Sequence record: MN453779.2
From: Aeromonas phage PS2
Length of the DNA: 40,000 nt
Direction: 5' to 3' (one strand)
Part shown: in pieces, positions 1-8,903 of the stretch
Position numbering within the stretch: position 1 is the first letter of the stretch
How the letters are laid out: each line of letters starts with the position of its first letter
Notes under the pieces: model-generated
Database searches by the model: none
The model's input: only the letters and a program-made list of their open reading frames with translations
Told to the model about the DNA's origin: nothing
Position numbers and translations under genes: made by a program

Positions 1-31
1 TCTTAAATCTAGTTTCTTATTTGATCCTGAA

Positions 32-220
32 TTGAACAATTCTAAACTATACTTTGTTTCTATTAAAAGTCGCTGTGTAATTAACGAATCAGAGATTTCT
101 CACTTTGGTGATACAAGACATGGATTGATTAGATTTGATCACTGTAACATCTCCAAAGAAGATTTTGTAAGACTTCCAGCAGGAAGAGAAATTACTGTTA
201 TAAACAACCAGATCCATTAA
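32..220 (+). CDS. small hypothetical protein (62 aa)
   Basis: ORF on the coding strand directly upstream of 238..1770; short. Confidence 0.4.
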   Translation: MNNSKLYFVSIKSRCVINESEISHFGDTRHGLIRFDHCNISKEDFVRLPAGREITVINNQIH

Positions 221-237
221 TCTAGAAAGAGGTCATT

Positions 238-1770
238 ATGAACGCTAAATTCATTATTGAACAAATCGTTATGTCAATGTCGTTTTTGAAAGCTGATCAA
301 TTTACCGAGCATAAGTTTATTAAACAGGAAGATGAACACGGGATGTATACGTGTTTGAAAACTGTCATTAATCATCCTGAAACTGGTCACTTGCAAAATA
401 AAGTTGGTGTTGCTACAATTTTAGAGGATATCAAAGAAAAATTAGGAACTATATTTTTCAATTGGAGTTATCTCCTGGATGTTCTCTCCGAGATTAACAA
501 ATTAGAAAATATAGAAGAATACAAGGACGTGTTAGAGAATTTTCATTATCATTTATTAGAAAGGGCATTGACCCGCAAGGTAGATCTTTTTCTAGGTGAG
601 GTGAACCAAGACGATCTGGCGGATCGTCGCGCTATACTTGTGCGAGCTTTTCAGGGTCATTACTTAAACCTCCATTTATTTAATGAAACCATAGAACGTG
701 CTTTTGATCTTAATCTTGGTAAACAAATGGAGTTACTTGTCGATGTATTCAATATTCCCCAAGAGATGGTTGAAGCTATCCTAGAAAAAGAAGATTCTTA
801 CGACCGTCGAGTTTTTACTATCAGTTCACTCCGAGATTTCTTATTTGATAAAGAACCTTCTCCATCCAAACCAAAGGGTGATGCCGTTTCGGATGACACT
901 CAAGCGGTTCAAGAAATTCTAAATAAACCAATTAAGGACAAAGATATGAAACAAGAACAATTTTACACCAAACTGTATTTCTACACTGACGCAAAACACA
1001 TTATCTTCTCAGATGGTAAAGCTCAGGACATTGCTGAATGTTTCTCGAAACTATCTCCAGCTGATCAAGCTTCTGTTTGCTACGAGTTTGGTATTTTGGC
1101 TTCAGACATTCAGTATGTTCCGGGGATTGCCAATGTACTTGCAACTATGTTCATGAATATGGATATGCAAAATCTTAAGCGCAAACTTTCAGATCTGGTT
1201 TCTTGTGGATTTATTGAAGAACTACACGATCGTCTCGACGGTTGTAAAACCTGGGAAGATGCCAATAAACTTCACAAATATGTAATGGTGACTTTCAATG
1301 GAATGAAAATTCCAGATCTGAAGGATATCATTGTTAAATACATGTCTTTGGATAATCACGATCAGTTTGATCACAATGGGACACAGCTAGCTGGTTTCTT
1401 TGCTGGTGTAATTTATGCTGATGCGATGACCATGGTTAAACGTCATGAAGAACAACTACACATGCCTAATGTGGTATCTCCGACTGATTTTGGGGTGATT
1501 AGTGACGATGTTGGTGAACTTTACATCCCTGATATTTATGACCGCAATTTTGGTGCCGGGCTGCTAAAGAGTAAACAAGAAACCCAGCGCTCTAAATCAG
1601 AACAAGCATCAGACATTACTATGGACGATGTTCTCGACATAGTGTTTGGACGACGTTCCTTCAGCGATAAAGAAAATGAACCCAAGCAACCAGTAAAAGA
1701 ACAACAGAAAAACATTTTAGAAGACAATCGCAAAGTGCAGCGCCCTCGCATCATCATTATCAAACGTTAA
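238..1770 (+). CDS. hypothetical protein, 510 aa
   Basis: Long ORF preceded by AGAAAGAGGTCATT ribosome-binding-like sequence; followed by a strong hairpin. Confidence 0.85.
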   Translation: MNAKFIIEQIVMSMSFLKADQFTEHKFIKQEDEHGMYTCLKTVINHPETGHLQNKVGVATILEDIKEKLGTIFFNWSYLLDVLSEINKLENIEEYKDVLENFHYHLLERALTRKVDLFLGEVNQDDLADRRAILVRAFQGHYLNLHLFNETIERAFDLNLGKQMELLVDVFNIPQEMVEAILEKEDSYDRRVFTISSLRDFLFDKEPSPSKPKGDAVSDDTQAVQEILNKPIKDKDMKQEQFYTKLYFYTDAKHIIFSDGKAQDIAECFSKLSPADQASVCYEFGILASDIQYVPGIANVLATMFMNMDMQNLKRKLSDLVSCGFIEELHDRLDGCKTWEDANKLHKYVMVTFNGMKIPDLKDIIVKYMSLDNHDQFDHNGTQLAGFFAGVIYADAMTMVKRHEEQLHMPNVVSPTDFGVISDDVGELYIPDIYDRNFGAGLLKSKQETQRSKSEQASDITMDDVLDIVFGRRSFSDKENEPKQPVKEQQKNILEDNRKVQRPRIIIIKR

Positions 1771-1777
1771 CATTTAT

Positions 1778-1807
1778 ACCCTCTACACCTGCAAAGGTGT
1801 AGAGGGT
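1778..1807 (+). terminator. intrinsic terminator-like hairpin
   Basis: ACCCTCTACACCT-GCAA-AGGTGTAGAGGGT, perfect 13-bp stem just after the stop codon. Confidence 0.75.
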
Positions 1808-1833
1808 AGCTTAGCCTATTAAAATTTTGTCTA

Positions 1834-1861
1834 TTCTATAATTTTTCAAACCTATATTATT
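1834..1861 (+). promoter_or_regulatory. recurrent promoter-like motif, copy 1
   Basis: TTCTATAATTTTTCAAACCTATATTATT in a non-coding gap after a terminator; shared with six or seven other intergenic sites. Confidence 0.6.
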
Positions 1862-1956
1862 ATTGTGTACCAGTAGGAAGAGTTTTAATTTTGACTAAGG
1901 AGTTTATCATGTAACTATAATCAAATCACCTATCTAATTAGCACAGGGTCACTAGG

Positions 1957-2328
1957 ATGAACAAATCAGATTTAATAAAGAAAATATTCCTAGGAGAACT
2001 CTTTGAAGAAAAACCTAAGAGTTACCCCAAAGTTTATTTTATCAAAGGTATGTTGCGAGATGATAACTTAAGGTTCTTTTCCACGTTCAGATATCGGGTT
2101 AATAAACAAGATGTTATTATTGTCTCTATCAAGATTGCTCTTGATAATCCAGAGAACAATGTATGTGTTTCATTGATCCATATTAAACCAATGAAAAAGT
2201 TCACTAAATCGATATTTCGCAAATCCTATCGAGTACTTTACAAAGGGATGGATGAGATCATTTCATCGTCATCTATTCTCCTTGCAGAGAAACTAGACAA
2301 GCTTGAGGAAAGCTTTAATGTCAAATAG
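1957..2328 (+). CDS. hypothetical protein, 123 aa
   Basis: ORF downstream of promoter-like motif. Confidence 0.7.
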   Translation: MNKSDLIKKIFLGELFEEKPKSYPKVYFIKGMLRDDNLRFFSTFRYRVNKQDVIIVSIKIALDNPENNVCVSLIHIKPMKKFTKSIFRKSYRVLYKGMDEIISSSSILLAEKLDKLEESFNVK

Positions 2329-2710
2329 TGTAGAAAAGTTAATCGTTATGATCAAGCGGGATGTGGGCGAGTTCCTTGATATGATCAAGAGTAAACCGTT
2401 TCCTTCTGAAATCAAAACTGAAGAAGCTAAAATGTTCAGTTTCAGTACCACTTGTACCGGAACTGAATTTAAGATCTCTGTTACAGCCTTAAAGACAGAA
2501 TTCGCAGGTAAGTTTCTGATATACATAAATACTGCGTTTATGTCAGAGCCTAAAACAAAAGAATCAATTATTATCCACGGAGTTCCTCTTCACGGTACTT
2601 ACGAGTCAACTCATGCTCTTGAGAATATCGAAGAAGAAGATCAACTGGATAGTGAAATCTATCGACTGATTGAAGAATCTCTTGAACAACATATCAGTCA
2701 TGCTTTGTAA
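2303..2710 (+). CDS. hypothetical protein, about 130 aa (start may be the internal ATG TCA AAT AGT)
   Basis: ORF overlapping the end of the preceding gene. Confidence 0.65.
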   Translation: MRKALMSNSVEKLIVMIKRDVGEFLDMIKSKPFPSEIKTEEAKMFSFSTTCTGTEFKISVTALKTEFAGKFLIYINTAFMSEPKTKESIIIHGVPLHGTYESTHALENIEEEDQLDSEIYRLIEESLEQHISHAL

Positions 2711-2833
2711 CGCTCTGTATTGCGTTTAAATCAATTTCTTTATTAAATACGTACGATTCAATACTTTAGAGAAAAGAATCGTTTACAAGAGCTCTCAGCT
2801 CGTTTTAATCAATATGTTATCTAGGAGAAGAAA

Positions 2834-3784
2834 ATGGATCGTTGCTTCAATATCTATGGTGCTGGTGGTGCTGGTATTAACATTCTGAACCAACTACTCA
2901 AAGAGTCCAAGTCCCAGCAGTTTATCAAACAAGTGGTTGGTCTAGATACTTCTGACGCCAACCCGGCTATCGATGGACTGTTTGAAATCGAACGCCTGGG
3001 TGATACTCGTGGCTCTGGTTCTGATAAGAGTGCCAACATCTCCCGTTATCCGGACTTCGTAAAACAAGTTCTGGCTAAACACCAACCTAACAGTATTAAC
3101 ATCGTGGTGTTCTCAGCCGCTGGTGGTTCAGGTTCTGGTATTGGGCCTTTCCTGGTACGCGCCATGTTGGAACGTGATATCCCAGTTCTGTCGGTAGTTA
3201 TTGGTGATACAACTTCTATTAAAGAGTTTGATAACACCATCTCCACCCTGCGTTCTCTGAATGCTCAGACTAAACTTGGTTGCCCGGTGTTGTTCGCTTA
3301 TCGTGAAAACCAACTTGGCCGAACCCAAGGTGAAGTTAACCGTAACGTGCTGGAAGTAATTAACAATGCCATCATGATGTTCAATCTACAAAACGAACGT
3401 ATTGATTACGCTGATGTTAAGAACTTTTTCTTCTTTACCAATGTGGTTAAAGCAGATCCGATTCTTACTCAAGTATCGTTCTGTAACGATGAGAATGTGA
3501 AAGACTACAAGCGCACCCCAGTTGCTTGTATCTCTCTGTTCAATGACATTGATCAAATCAAAGCTCCGTTCGATAATCTCCTGTATCGCAAAGCCGGTTT
3601 GTTCGGACCTGAAACAGAAGGTCTGATTAACGCAGCTCACGCTCTGCTTGATCACGGTTCTACTCTTAATGAGTTGGAAGTAATGATGAAGCAACAAGAG
3701 ACCAAACAGGCTGAACTCTCTGGTAAATACAAAGTACAAAAAGATCTGAGCCAAGGTTCTGATGACCACGGTATGTTCTGTTAA
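2834..3784 (+). CDS. phuZ: phage tubulin/FtsZ-like GTPase (PhuZ-like)
   Basis: N-terminal IYGAGGAGINILNQL and FSAAGGSGSGIGPFLVRAML resembling the FtsZ/tubulin G-box (GGTGTG/GGGTGSG); AGGAGAAG ribosome-binding site; jumbo-phage context. Confidence 0.75.
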   Translation: MDRCFNIYGAGGAGINILNQLLKESKSQQFIKQVVGLDTSDANPAIDGLFEIERLGDTRGSGSDKSANISRYPDFVKQVLAKHQPNSINIVVFSAAGGSGSGIGPFLVRAMLERDIPVLSVVIGDTTSIKEFDNTISTLRSLNAQTKLGCPVLFAYRENQLGRTQGEVNRNVLEVINNAIMMFNLQNERIDYADVKNFFFFTNVVKADPILTQVSFCNDENVKDYKRTPVACISLFNDIDQIKAPFDNLLYRKAGLFGPETEGLINAAHALLDHGSTLNELEVMMKQQETKQAELSGKYKVQKDLSQGSDDHGMFC

Positions 3785-3795
3785 TATAAATGGAG

Positions 3796-3821
3796 TAGAG
3801 GAGGGGATTAACCCTCCTCTA
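3796..3821 (+). terminator. intrinsic terminator-like hairpin
   Basis: TAGAGGAGGG...CCCTCCTCTA, 10-bp stem after the phuZ-like gene. Confidence 0.7.
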
Positions 3822-3828
3822 ACTTATT

Positions 3829-4107
3829 ATGCAAATTCTTTTTAATCTGTCTAGTATAGGCAACAACTTAACTGTATTGTCGGAAGCTAAAGAGAGTTTG
3901 GCATATTCCATTTTACAAGACGCGTGTCTTGACCATGGTATCCCTCTCCCACCTTCGTCGTATAGTAGAAGTCTCTCCCATGAACACAGTTATCTTTTTG
4001 AATTGGTGAAGGGATATGTGGATGAGAAACTACTCACTGTACCCACCCCGAGTTACGCGACCTTAACCAACCTAGGTCATCTTCACTTTCAACTCGATAT
4101 TACTTAA
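3829..4107 (+). CDS. hypothetical protein, 92 aa
   Basis: ORF in a tight same-strand cluster. Confidence 0.6.
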   Translation: MQILFNLSSIGNNLTVLSEAKESLAYSILQDACLDHGIPLPPSSYSRSLSHEHSYLFELVKGYVDEKLLTVPTPSYATLTNLGHLHFQLDIT

Positions 4108-4119
4108 CAAGGCCTGGTT

Positions 4120-4599
4120 ATGTTTCATATCGATTACAATTTACTAAAATCACAAGTTGCTCTTACCTGTGTAATGTCAGGCGGACAAGCGACAGAAACT
4201 CTGGACTACAATAATGCTATCTATTACAGTAAACTCGCTCTAGATTGTATTGTTCATGTTCTCAATGATAAAGTAAATAAACCTGAAGAATCATTTTACC
4301 TGTATTGCGAAGAGTACCACAAGAACGATTGTCAATTCACCTTCCTTGGAGAAATTGTTATTGGAATGGTGTTAGATATCAAAAGACAGTTCTACACCTC
4401 AGGTTTTGATCCACGGTTGAAGTATAAACTACTTGAACGTAAATTTAATAATATTCCTTGTTATCGCATCTGCATGGATTTAGAAGAGACGTTCCTCTTC
4501 TTTACTCCTAAGGAAGATAAGGAAGATGTTTCTCAAGCTGTATCTGATGATCCATCTCAGGAGATGTTAAATGAGCTCTTTGGGATTTACAGTCATTAA
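4120..4599 (+). CDS. hypothetical protein, 159 aa
   Basis: ORF, same-strand cluster. Confidence 0.65.
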   Translation: MFHIDYNLLKSQVALTCVMSGGQATETLDYNNAIYYSKLALDCIVHVLNDKVNKPEESFYLYCEEYHKNDCQFTFLGEIVIGMVLDIKRQFYTSGFDPRLKYKLLERKFNNIPCYRICMDLEETFLFFTPKEDKEDVSQAVSDDPSQEMLNELFGIYSH

Positions 4600-5017
4600 C
4601 TTCACCAACTTCTTTCCGTTTATAGAGCAAGCTCTTGATGAGAAAGGAATGTACTCATCAAGAATGATAGTTAGAAAAGATTATCCATTCCTTGTTCCTG
4701 CGTTTCAAACATATCTAATTAGAAAGTGTGGTGTATTCTCTTTAGTTGGTTATGTAGAAGAACCGGTATTAACATCCTGGTTTGATTTTGAAACGTTAAT
4801 AGAAGAGTTTGATGATTTACTACTACAGTTTAGAGAGTACCTCATATCTAATTTAGGGCTAGATCTACAAGCCAGGTATACTCTGGTTCGTTATCTGGAT
4901 AATTTCAACTTTATCATTGCACAAGGAGAACAGGATGATCCGGTACTCGACCACCAACATTCATCCCTTGTGGATGATTGTGAACAAGTGGTCACTGAAT
5001 GCGACCCGTTTCTTTGA
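4571..5017 (+). CDS. hypothetical protein, 148 aa
   Basis: ORF overlapping the previous stop by 29 nt. Confidence 0.6.
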   Translation: MSSLGFTVINFTNFFPFIEQALDEKGMYSSRMIVRKDYPFLVPAFQTYLIRKCGVFSLVGYVEEPVLTSWFDFETLIEEFDDLLLQFREYLISNLGLDLQARYTLVRYLDNFNFIIAQGEQDDPVLDHQHSSLVDDCEQVVTECDPFL

Positions 5018-5228
5018 AATAGCGCAAGAGTATGTTCAAAATCGCAATCCTGAAGTTTTATCTATCAGGTTACAAATGCTGGAACCTACTCAAGGATTTA
5101 TGTTAAATCAAGAAGTAAGACAACAGCTTGATTTACTTATCCAAACATTAGAATCTATTGAAGAATGGCAGAAGTGCTATTTCGAAAACCAACAGTTTAT
5201 TGTTATAGAAGGGCAATTAAATGTCTGA
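4917..5228 (+). CDS. hypothetical protein, up to 103 aa, start uncertain
   Basis: ORF; its 5' part overlaps the preceding gene so the true start is probably further downstream. Confidence 0.5.
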   Translation: MHKENRMIRYSTTNIHPLWMIVNKWSLNATRFFEIAQEYVQNRNPEVLSIRLQMLEPTQGFMLNQEVRQQLDLLIQTLESIEEWQKCYFENQQFIVIEGQLNV

Positions 5229-5523
5229 ACCTAAAATCTTTACCCAACTGATTACGTTCCCAGGTATTCCGATTGAGACTGTAACAAATGCAGTTGGTCT
5301 CCTTATGAATGTTCATGGCGTAGAGCATCAACTGACAGTTAACCCAGAAGGGTTTTCTAGTGATGCACTAGTAACTGGCGACGAGGTAGCTGATATTCGG
5401 GCCACTAATCAATATCTGGAACTTAACGGTTTGCTTGGTGGACTTTCTCGCGATCATGAGTTGGTAACTTGCGATACTAAGTCAGATGGCAAATGTCTAC
5501 ATCTGACCTTCACTTGTAAGTAA
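5221..5523 (+). CDS. hypothetical protein, 100 aa
   Basis: ORF, short overlap with the previous gene. Confidence 0.65.
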   Translation: MSEPKIFTQLITFPGIPIETVTNAVGLLMNVHGVEHQLTVNPEGFSSDALVTGDEVADIRATNQYLELNGLLGGLSRDHELVTCDTKSDGKCLHLTFTCK

Positions 5524-5532
5524 GGACACTAC

Positions 5533-6165
5533 ATGTTTGTCTACCTTAATGCGTTTAATTACGATGAACTCATTGGGGGAATCGTGGAGCGTTTAGGAAT
5601 TCAAGACGAACCTTTGACCTATGAGATTTTGTTAAAGGCGTTCAAGAGTGTTTCAGAACGTTTAAAACGAAGGAAAGAGCTTCTTTCCTCCGCCAATGAA
5701 GATCCAGATAACGTAGTTGAAAAACTGGCTGATCGTTATTTAGAACTAGTTAGGATTTCTCCCCACTTTAACGATGAAACTAATCCGATCAGTTTTCTAG
5801 TAGAACTAATAGTGGGTTCAAAACCTCAAAGTGTTTGGGAAGGTTATGAAATCTACCGGATTCTTTCCGAGGTTCACCAAGAAGTTGGTAATGATAAAGA
5901 TGGTTATTGCTTGGACATTGACCCGGACGAGGCTCTAGCTATCGCTGAAACTATTCTGGAACACATTGAAAGTAATAAACTGATTGGGGAAAATCCTTTA
6001 GATTCTTTCCTAGAAGAACACATCAAAAATCAATTGATTGGCGATGAACCAGGTTCTTTACAGTTAGAAGTAATAGATTCCCCAGGTAAAGTAGTGAACT
6101 ATGGAAATGCTTTGATAACATTACCCCTATTACTTGCCAAGGTTGAACACTATGAAGTTATCTGA
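5533..6165 (+). CDS. hypothetical protein, 210 aa
   Basis: ORF, 9-nt spacing from previous stop. Confidence 0.75.
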   Translation: MFVYLNAFNYDELIGGIVERLGIQDEPLTYEILLKAFKSVSERLKRRKELLSSANEDPDNVVEKLADRYLELVRISPHFNDETNPISFLVELIVGSKPQSVWEGYEIYRILSEVHQEVGNDKDGYCLDIDPDEALAIAETILEHIESNKLIGENPLDSFLEEHIKNQLIGDEPGSLQLEVIDSPGKVVNYGNALITLPLLLAKVEHYEVI

Positions 6166-6574
6166 AATCCAAAAAGGCGACCTAGTTAATTACGATATGA
6201 TCACCCCAGGTATTTTTGGGGACCAGTATCGAGGTGTTTTGGTAGCAGGCGTGGTTGATTATACAGTAGCTTCCAGTATTGATCCAGAGCTTAATGTAAA
6301 ACACCAAGCTTTCTATCCAATGTTTAAAAACACCGTGGATAACGTTAATGATCCATCTCGTTACGATTATCTGCTTATTAGACCAGACCCCACCCAATCT
6401 AATCTCTTGGTTATCGGTTATCCCTGGATTAATCCAAGTTCCCTAGAAGTAACCAAAGGTCGCTCTGCCCTTATTACCATTACCACTTGGGAACAGCGCT
6501 TTGAAAGCCCTTTAAAAGACTTTCTAGCTAATCTAGGTGTTCCTTACACCATTGATGTTCGCGATAAGTCCTAA
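6134..6574 (+). CDS. hypothetical protein, about 138-146 aa
   Basis: ORF; the internal ATG (MKLSEIQKGDLVNYDMI) is a plausible start. Confidence 0.7.
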   Translation: MPRLNTMKLSEIQKGDLVNYDMITPGIFGDQYRGVLVAGVVDYTVASSIDPELNVKHQAFYPMFKNTVDNVNDPSRYDYLLIRPDPTQSNLLVIGYPWINPSSLEVTKGRSALITITTWEQRFESPLKDFLANLGVPYTIDVRDKS

Positions 6575-6589
6575 CACCCTTAACTGATT

Positions 6590-6623
6590 CTAGCCCAACC
6601 TCCTTAATTGGGGGTTGGGTTAG
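6590..6623 (+). terminator. intrinsic terminator-like hairpin
   Basis: CTAGCCCAACCTCC-TTAATT-GGGGGTTGGGTTAG, about 14-bp stem with two G.U pairs, then TCTTT. Confidence 0.7.
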
Positions 6624-6730
6624 TCTTTACATTTGTTATTTTATCTTTTCACCACGATCGCAATTTAGTAGCCAACTAAACATTTAATCTCCCATCATTT
6701 GTTTTTCATATTTCTGTTGAGGGAACAGTT

Positions 6731-8797
6731 ATGTCAGAATCCAATCCGTTTCTCTCAGAAACGTACGAATCAGATCGTAATATAATTAAACACTCTATTG
6801 ATCAGTATTCGGAATTGATTAGTAGAGTACAAGGTGAAGATAAAGAAGTTGTAAAGGCTAATTTACTAACCTATTTCAAAGCCAACAAAGAACAATATAA
6901 GTCTAAACGGGCTAAAGTTATTATTAAGAATAAAGTTGGCGATAGAGAAGTAAAGATTATCCCATTCTCGTCTGTATTAAAGCATGTGCAAGATAAAAAC
7001 TATCACTTCTCACCAAGTATGATAGCTTACACCAATTCCGATGAAGAAGAATGTGTAAACTCAATCGGCACTCGGCTGTTTATTGCTAACCGTAAGTACT
7101 ACAAGAACTTGCGTCAAGACGCCAAAGCTGTTAACGATAAAGATCTTTATGGTAAATACCATGAACTTCAAAATGCTTTTAAGATATTCAACAACGCTCA
7201 ATCTGGTGCTATGTCTTCTGGCGGGACTTGTCTCACCAATCAGACAGCACACACTTCACTTACATCAACAACGAGATGTCTGACCTCTACAGCTAACCTT
7301 ACCAACGAACAGTTCATCGCCGGTAATCGTTTCTACCATAACCCTGATGCTACCTTGCAGTCTATGATAGCTAGAATCCAAGTTACAGATTTCAAGTTAC
7401 TTGAACAAGTGATGGAGGGCTATAAACTTCACTATCCTTCATCTGAAGATTTAATGAAACGTGTTAAATACTGCTCTAGTAGATATTGGGATTCTGAACC
7501 GCAGATGAAACTGATAGAGTCATTTGTAGATAAAATGAACCCTATTGAAAAGGCATCTATACTTTATACTCTAGACTTGTTTTCTTTGTTTAATCATAAT
7601 AGAGAGTTTATCAAAACCTTCTTTGATAAATGGTGTCATATACCAGAAGTTGATGAGACAAAACTACTCAAACCCGATAATGGCGATAGATATGTTCTCT
7701 GTGTCTCTAAGTTACCAAGAGAACATAGTAAAGAGCAACTACAAGGACTCAATCATTATCACGTTCAAGTAGAAAAAGAATATGCTGATTTTATCAAAGT
7801 GTTCTTTAAATCTCCTATTCCTCCAACAGGATTATTCAATGTAATTAACGCTGTAAGGGACTGTGTACTCACTAGTGACACGGACTCGAGCATCATGAGC
7901 CTAGATGAGATGATTGATGCTTACGCTAGTGACGAAGCAAGCAAAATAAAACTCAACGGTGTTATTACATATTTTGTTAGAATGATCTCGTTAGACCAAC
8001 ATAGACAACTTTCGTCCAATATGAACGTGGCTAAGAAGAATCTTACACTTCTCGAGATGAAAAACGAATTCTACTTCTCTAGTTATGTTACAACTGATAT
8101 GTCTAAACATTACTATGCTTATCAGGACATGGTAGAAGGAGTGGTTAACGAAGAAGTCGATATTGAGGTCAAGGGCGTCCAACTTAAGTCTTCTAAGATA
8201 GCAGCTGTTATTAAAGAAAAGGCCCAGGAATTGATGATAGCTACCTTGGACGCGATTAAGACAGGGGAATCTTTAGATGCTGCCGAGGTCCTACACGGTA
8301 TTGGGGAACTGGAAAGAGGTATCGTTAGCGACATTCAAAATGGTGATTATAAATGGCTTAGTCGCGAAAGTATCAAACCCGCTGCCGCGTATTCTAACCC
8401 AGATTCTGAAAAATACTTTTATCACTCTCTTTGGGAAGAAGTATTCTCAGAGAAATATGGTCCTGCACCTGAACTTCCTTACACTGGAATCAAGATGTCT
8501 GTTGATCTTACTTCTAAATCAAAGCTTAATGCTTATTTGGAAAAGATCGAAGACATTTCTATTCGTGAGAAGTTTAAGGTATTCCTAGAAAGTAAAGGTA
8601 AAGATAAGTTGACTAACCTTTATCTTCCTATGGAACGCGCCCAGAACTTGAAAGATATTCCGCTAGAACTCAAACAAGCCATTGACTACAGAACCTTGTT
8701 AAAACAAAACCTCAAGAGTGTTTACACTGTACTCCATTCTACAGGTTTGTACATGATGAATGACAGTATTACCCGTTTAGTATCAGACGAACATTGA
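6731..8797 (+). CDS. hypothetical protein, 688 aa
   Basis: Long ORF, terminator on both sides. Confidence 0.85.
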   Translation: MSESNPFLSETYESDRNIIKHSIDQYSELISRVQGEDKEVVKANLLTYFKANKEQYKSKRAKVIIKNKVGDREVKIIPFSSVLKHVQDKNYHFSPSMIAYTNSDEEECVNSIGTRLFIANRKYYKNLRQDAKAVNDKDLYGKYHELQNAFKIFNNAQSGAMSSGGTCLTNQTAHTSLTSTTRCLTSTANLTNEQFIAGNRFYHNPDATLQSMIARIQVTDFKLLEQVMEGYKLHYPSSEDLMKRVKYCSSRYWDSEPQMKLIESFVDKMNPIEKASILYTLDLFSLFNHNREFIKTFFDKWCHIPEVDETKLLKPDNGDRYVLCVSKLPREHSKEQLQGLNHYHVQVEKEYADFIKVFFKSPIPPTGLFNVINAVRDCVLTSDTDSSIMSLDEMIDAYASDEASKIKLNGVITYFVRMISLDQHRQLSSNMNVAKKNLTLLEMKNEFYFSSYVTTDMSKHYYAYQDMVEGVVNEEVDIEVKGVQLKSSKIAAVIKEKAQELMIATLDAIKTGESLDAAEVLHGIGELERGIVSDIQNGDYKWLSRESIKPAAAYSNPDSEKYFYHSLWEEVFSEKYGPAPELPYTGIKMSVDLTSKSKLNAYLEKIEDISIREKFKVFLESKGKDKLTNLYLPMERAQNLKDIPLELKQAIDYRTLLKQNLKSVYTVLHSTGLYMMNDSITRLVSDEH

Positions 8798-8803
8798 TCT
8801 TTA

Positions 8804-8833
8804 CTCCTCTACTCCTTAATTGGGGTAGAGGAG
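8804..8833 (+). terminator. intrinsic terminator-like hairpin
   Basis: CTCCTCTACTCC-TTAATT-GGGGTAGAGGAG, 12-bp stem with one G.U pair. Confidence 0.7.
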
Positions 8834-8847
8834 GTTATTTTATCCCT

Positions 8848-8874
8848 CCTATTTATTTTTCAAACCTATATTAC
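8848..8874 (+). promoter_or_regulatory. recurrent promoter-like motif, copy 2
   Basis: TCCTATTTATTTTTCAAACCTATATTAC, 30 nt before the HNH gene start. Confidence 0.6.
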
Positions 8875-8903
8875 TATAGTGTATAAATAAAAAGAGGTTT
8901 GAA

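Noticed and set aside
7083-7283. Short alternate-frame ORFs inside long genes (for example 7083..7283, 8277..8588, 24540..24746, 31940..32128)
   Set aside because: Contained within long coding ORFs, no start context or motifs.
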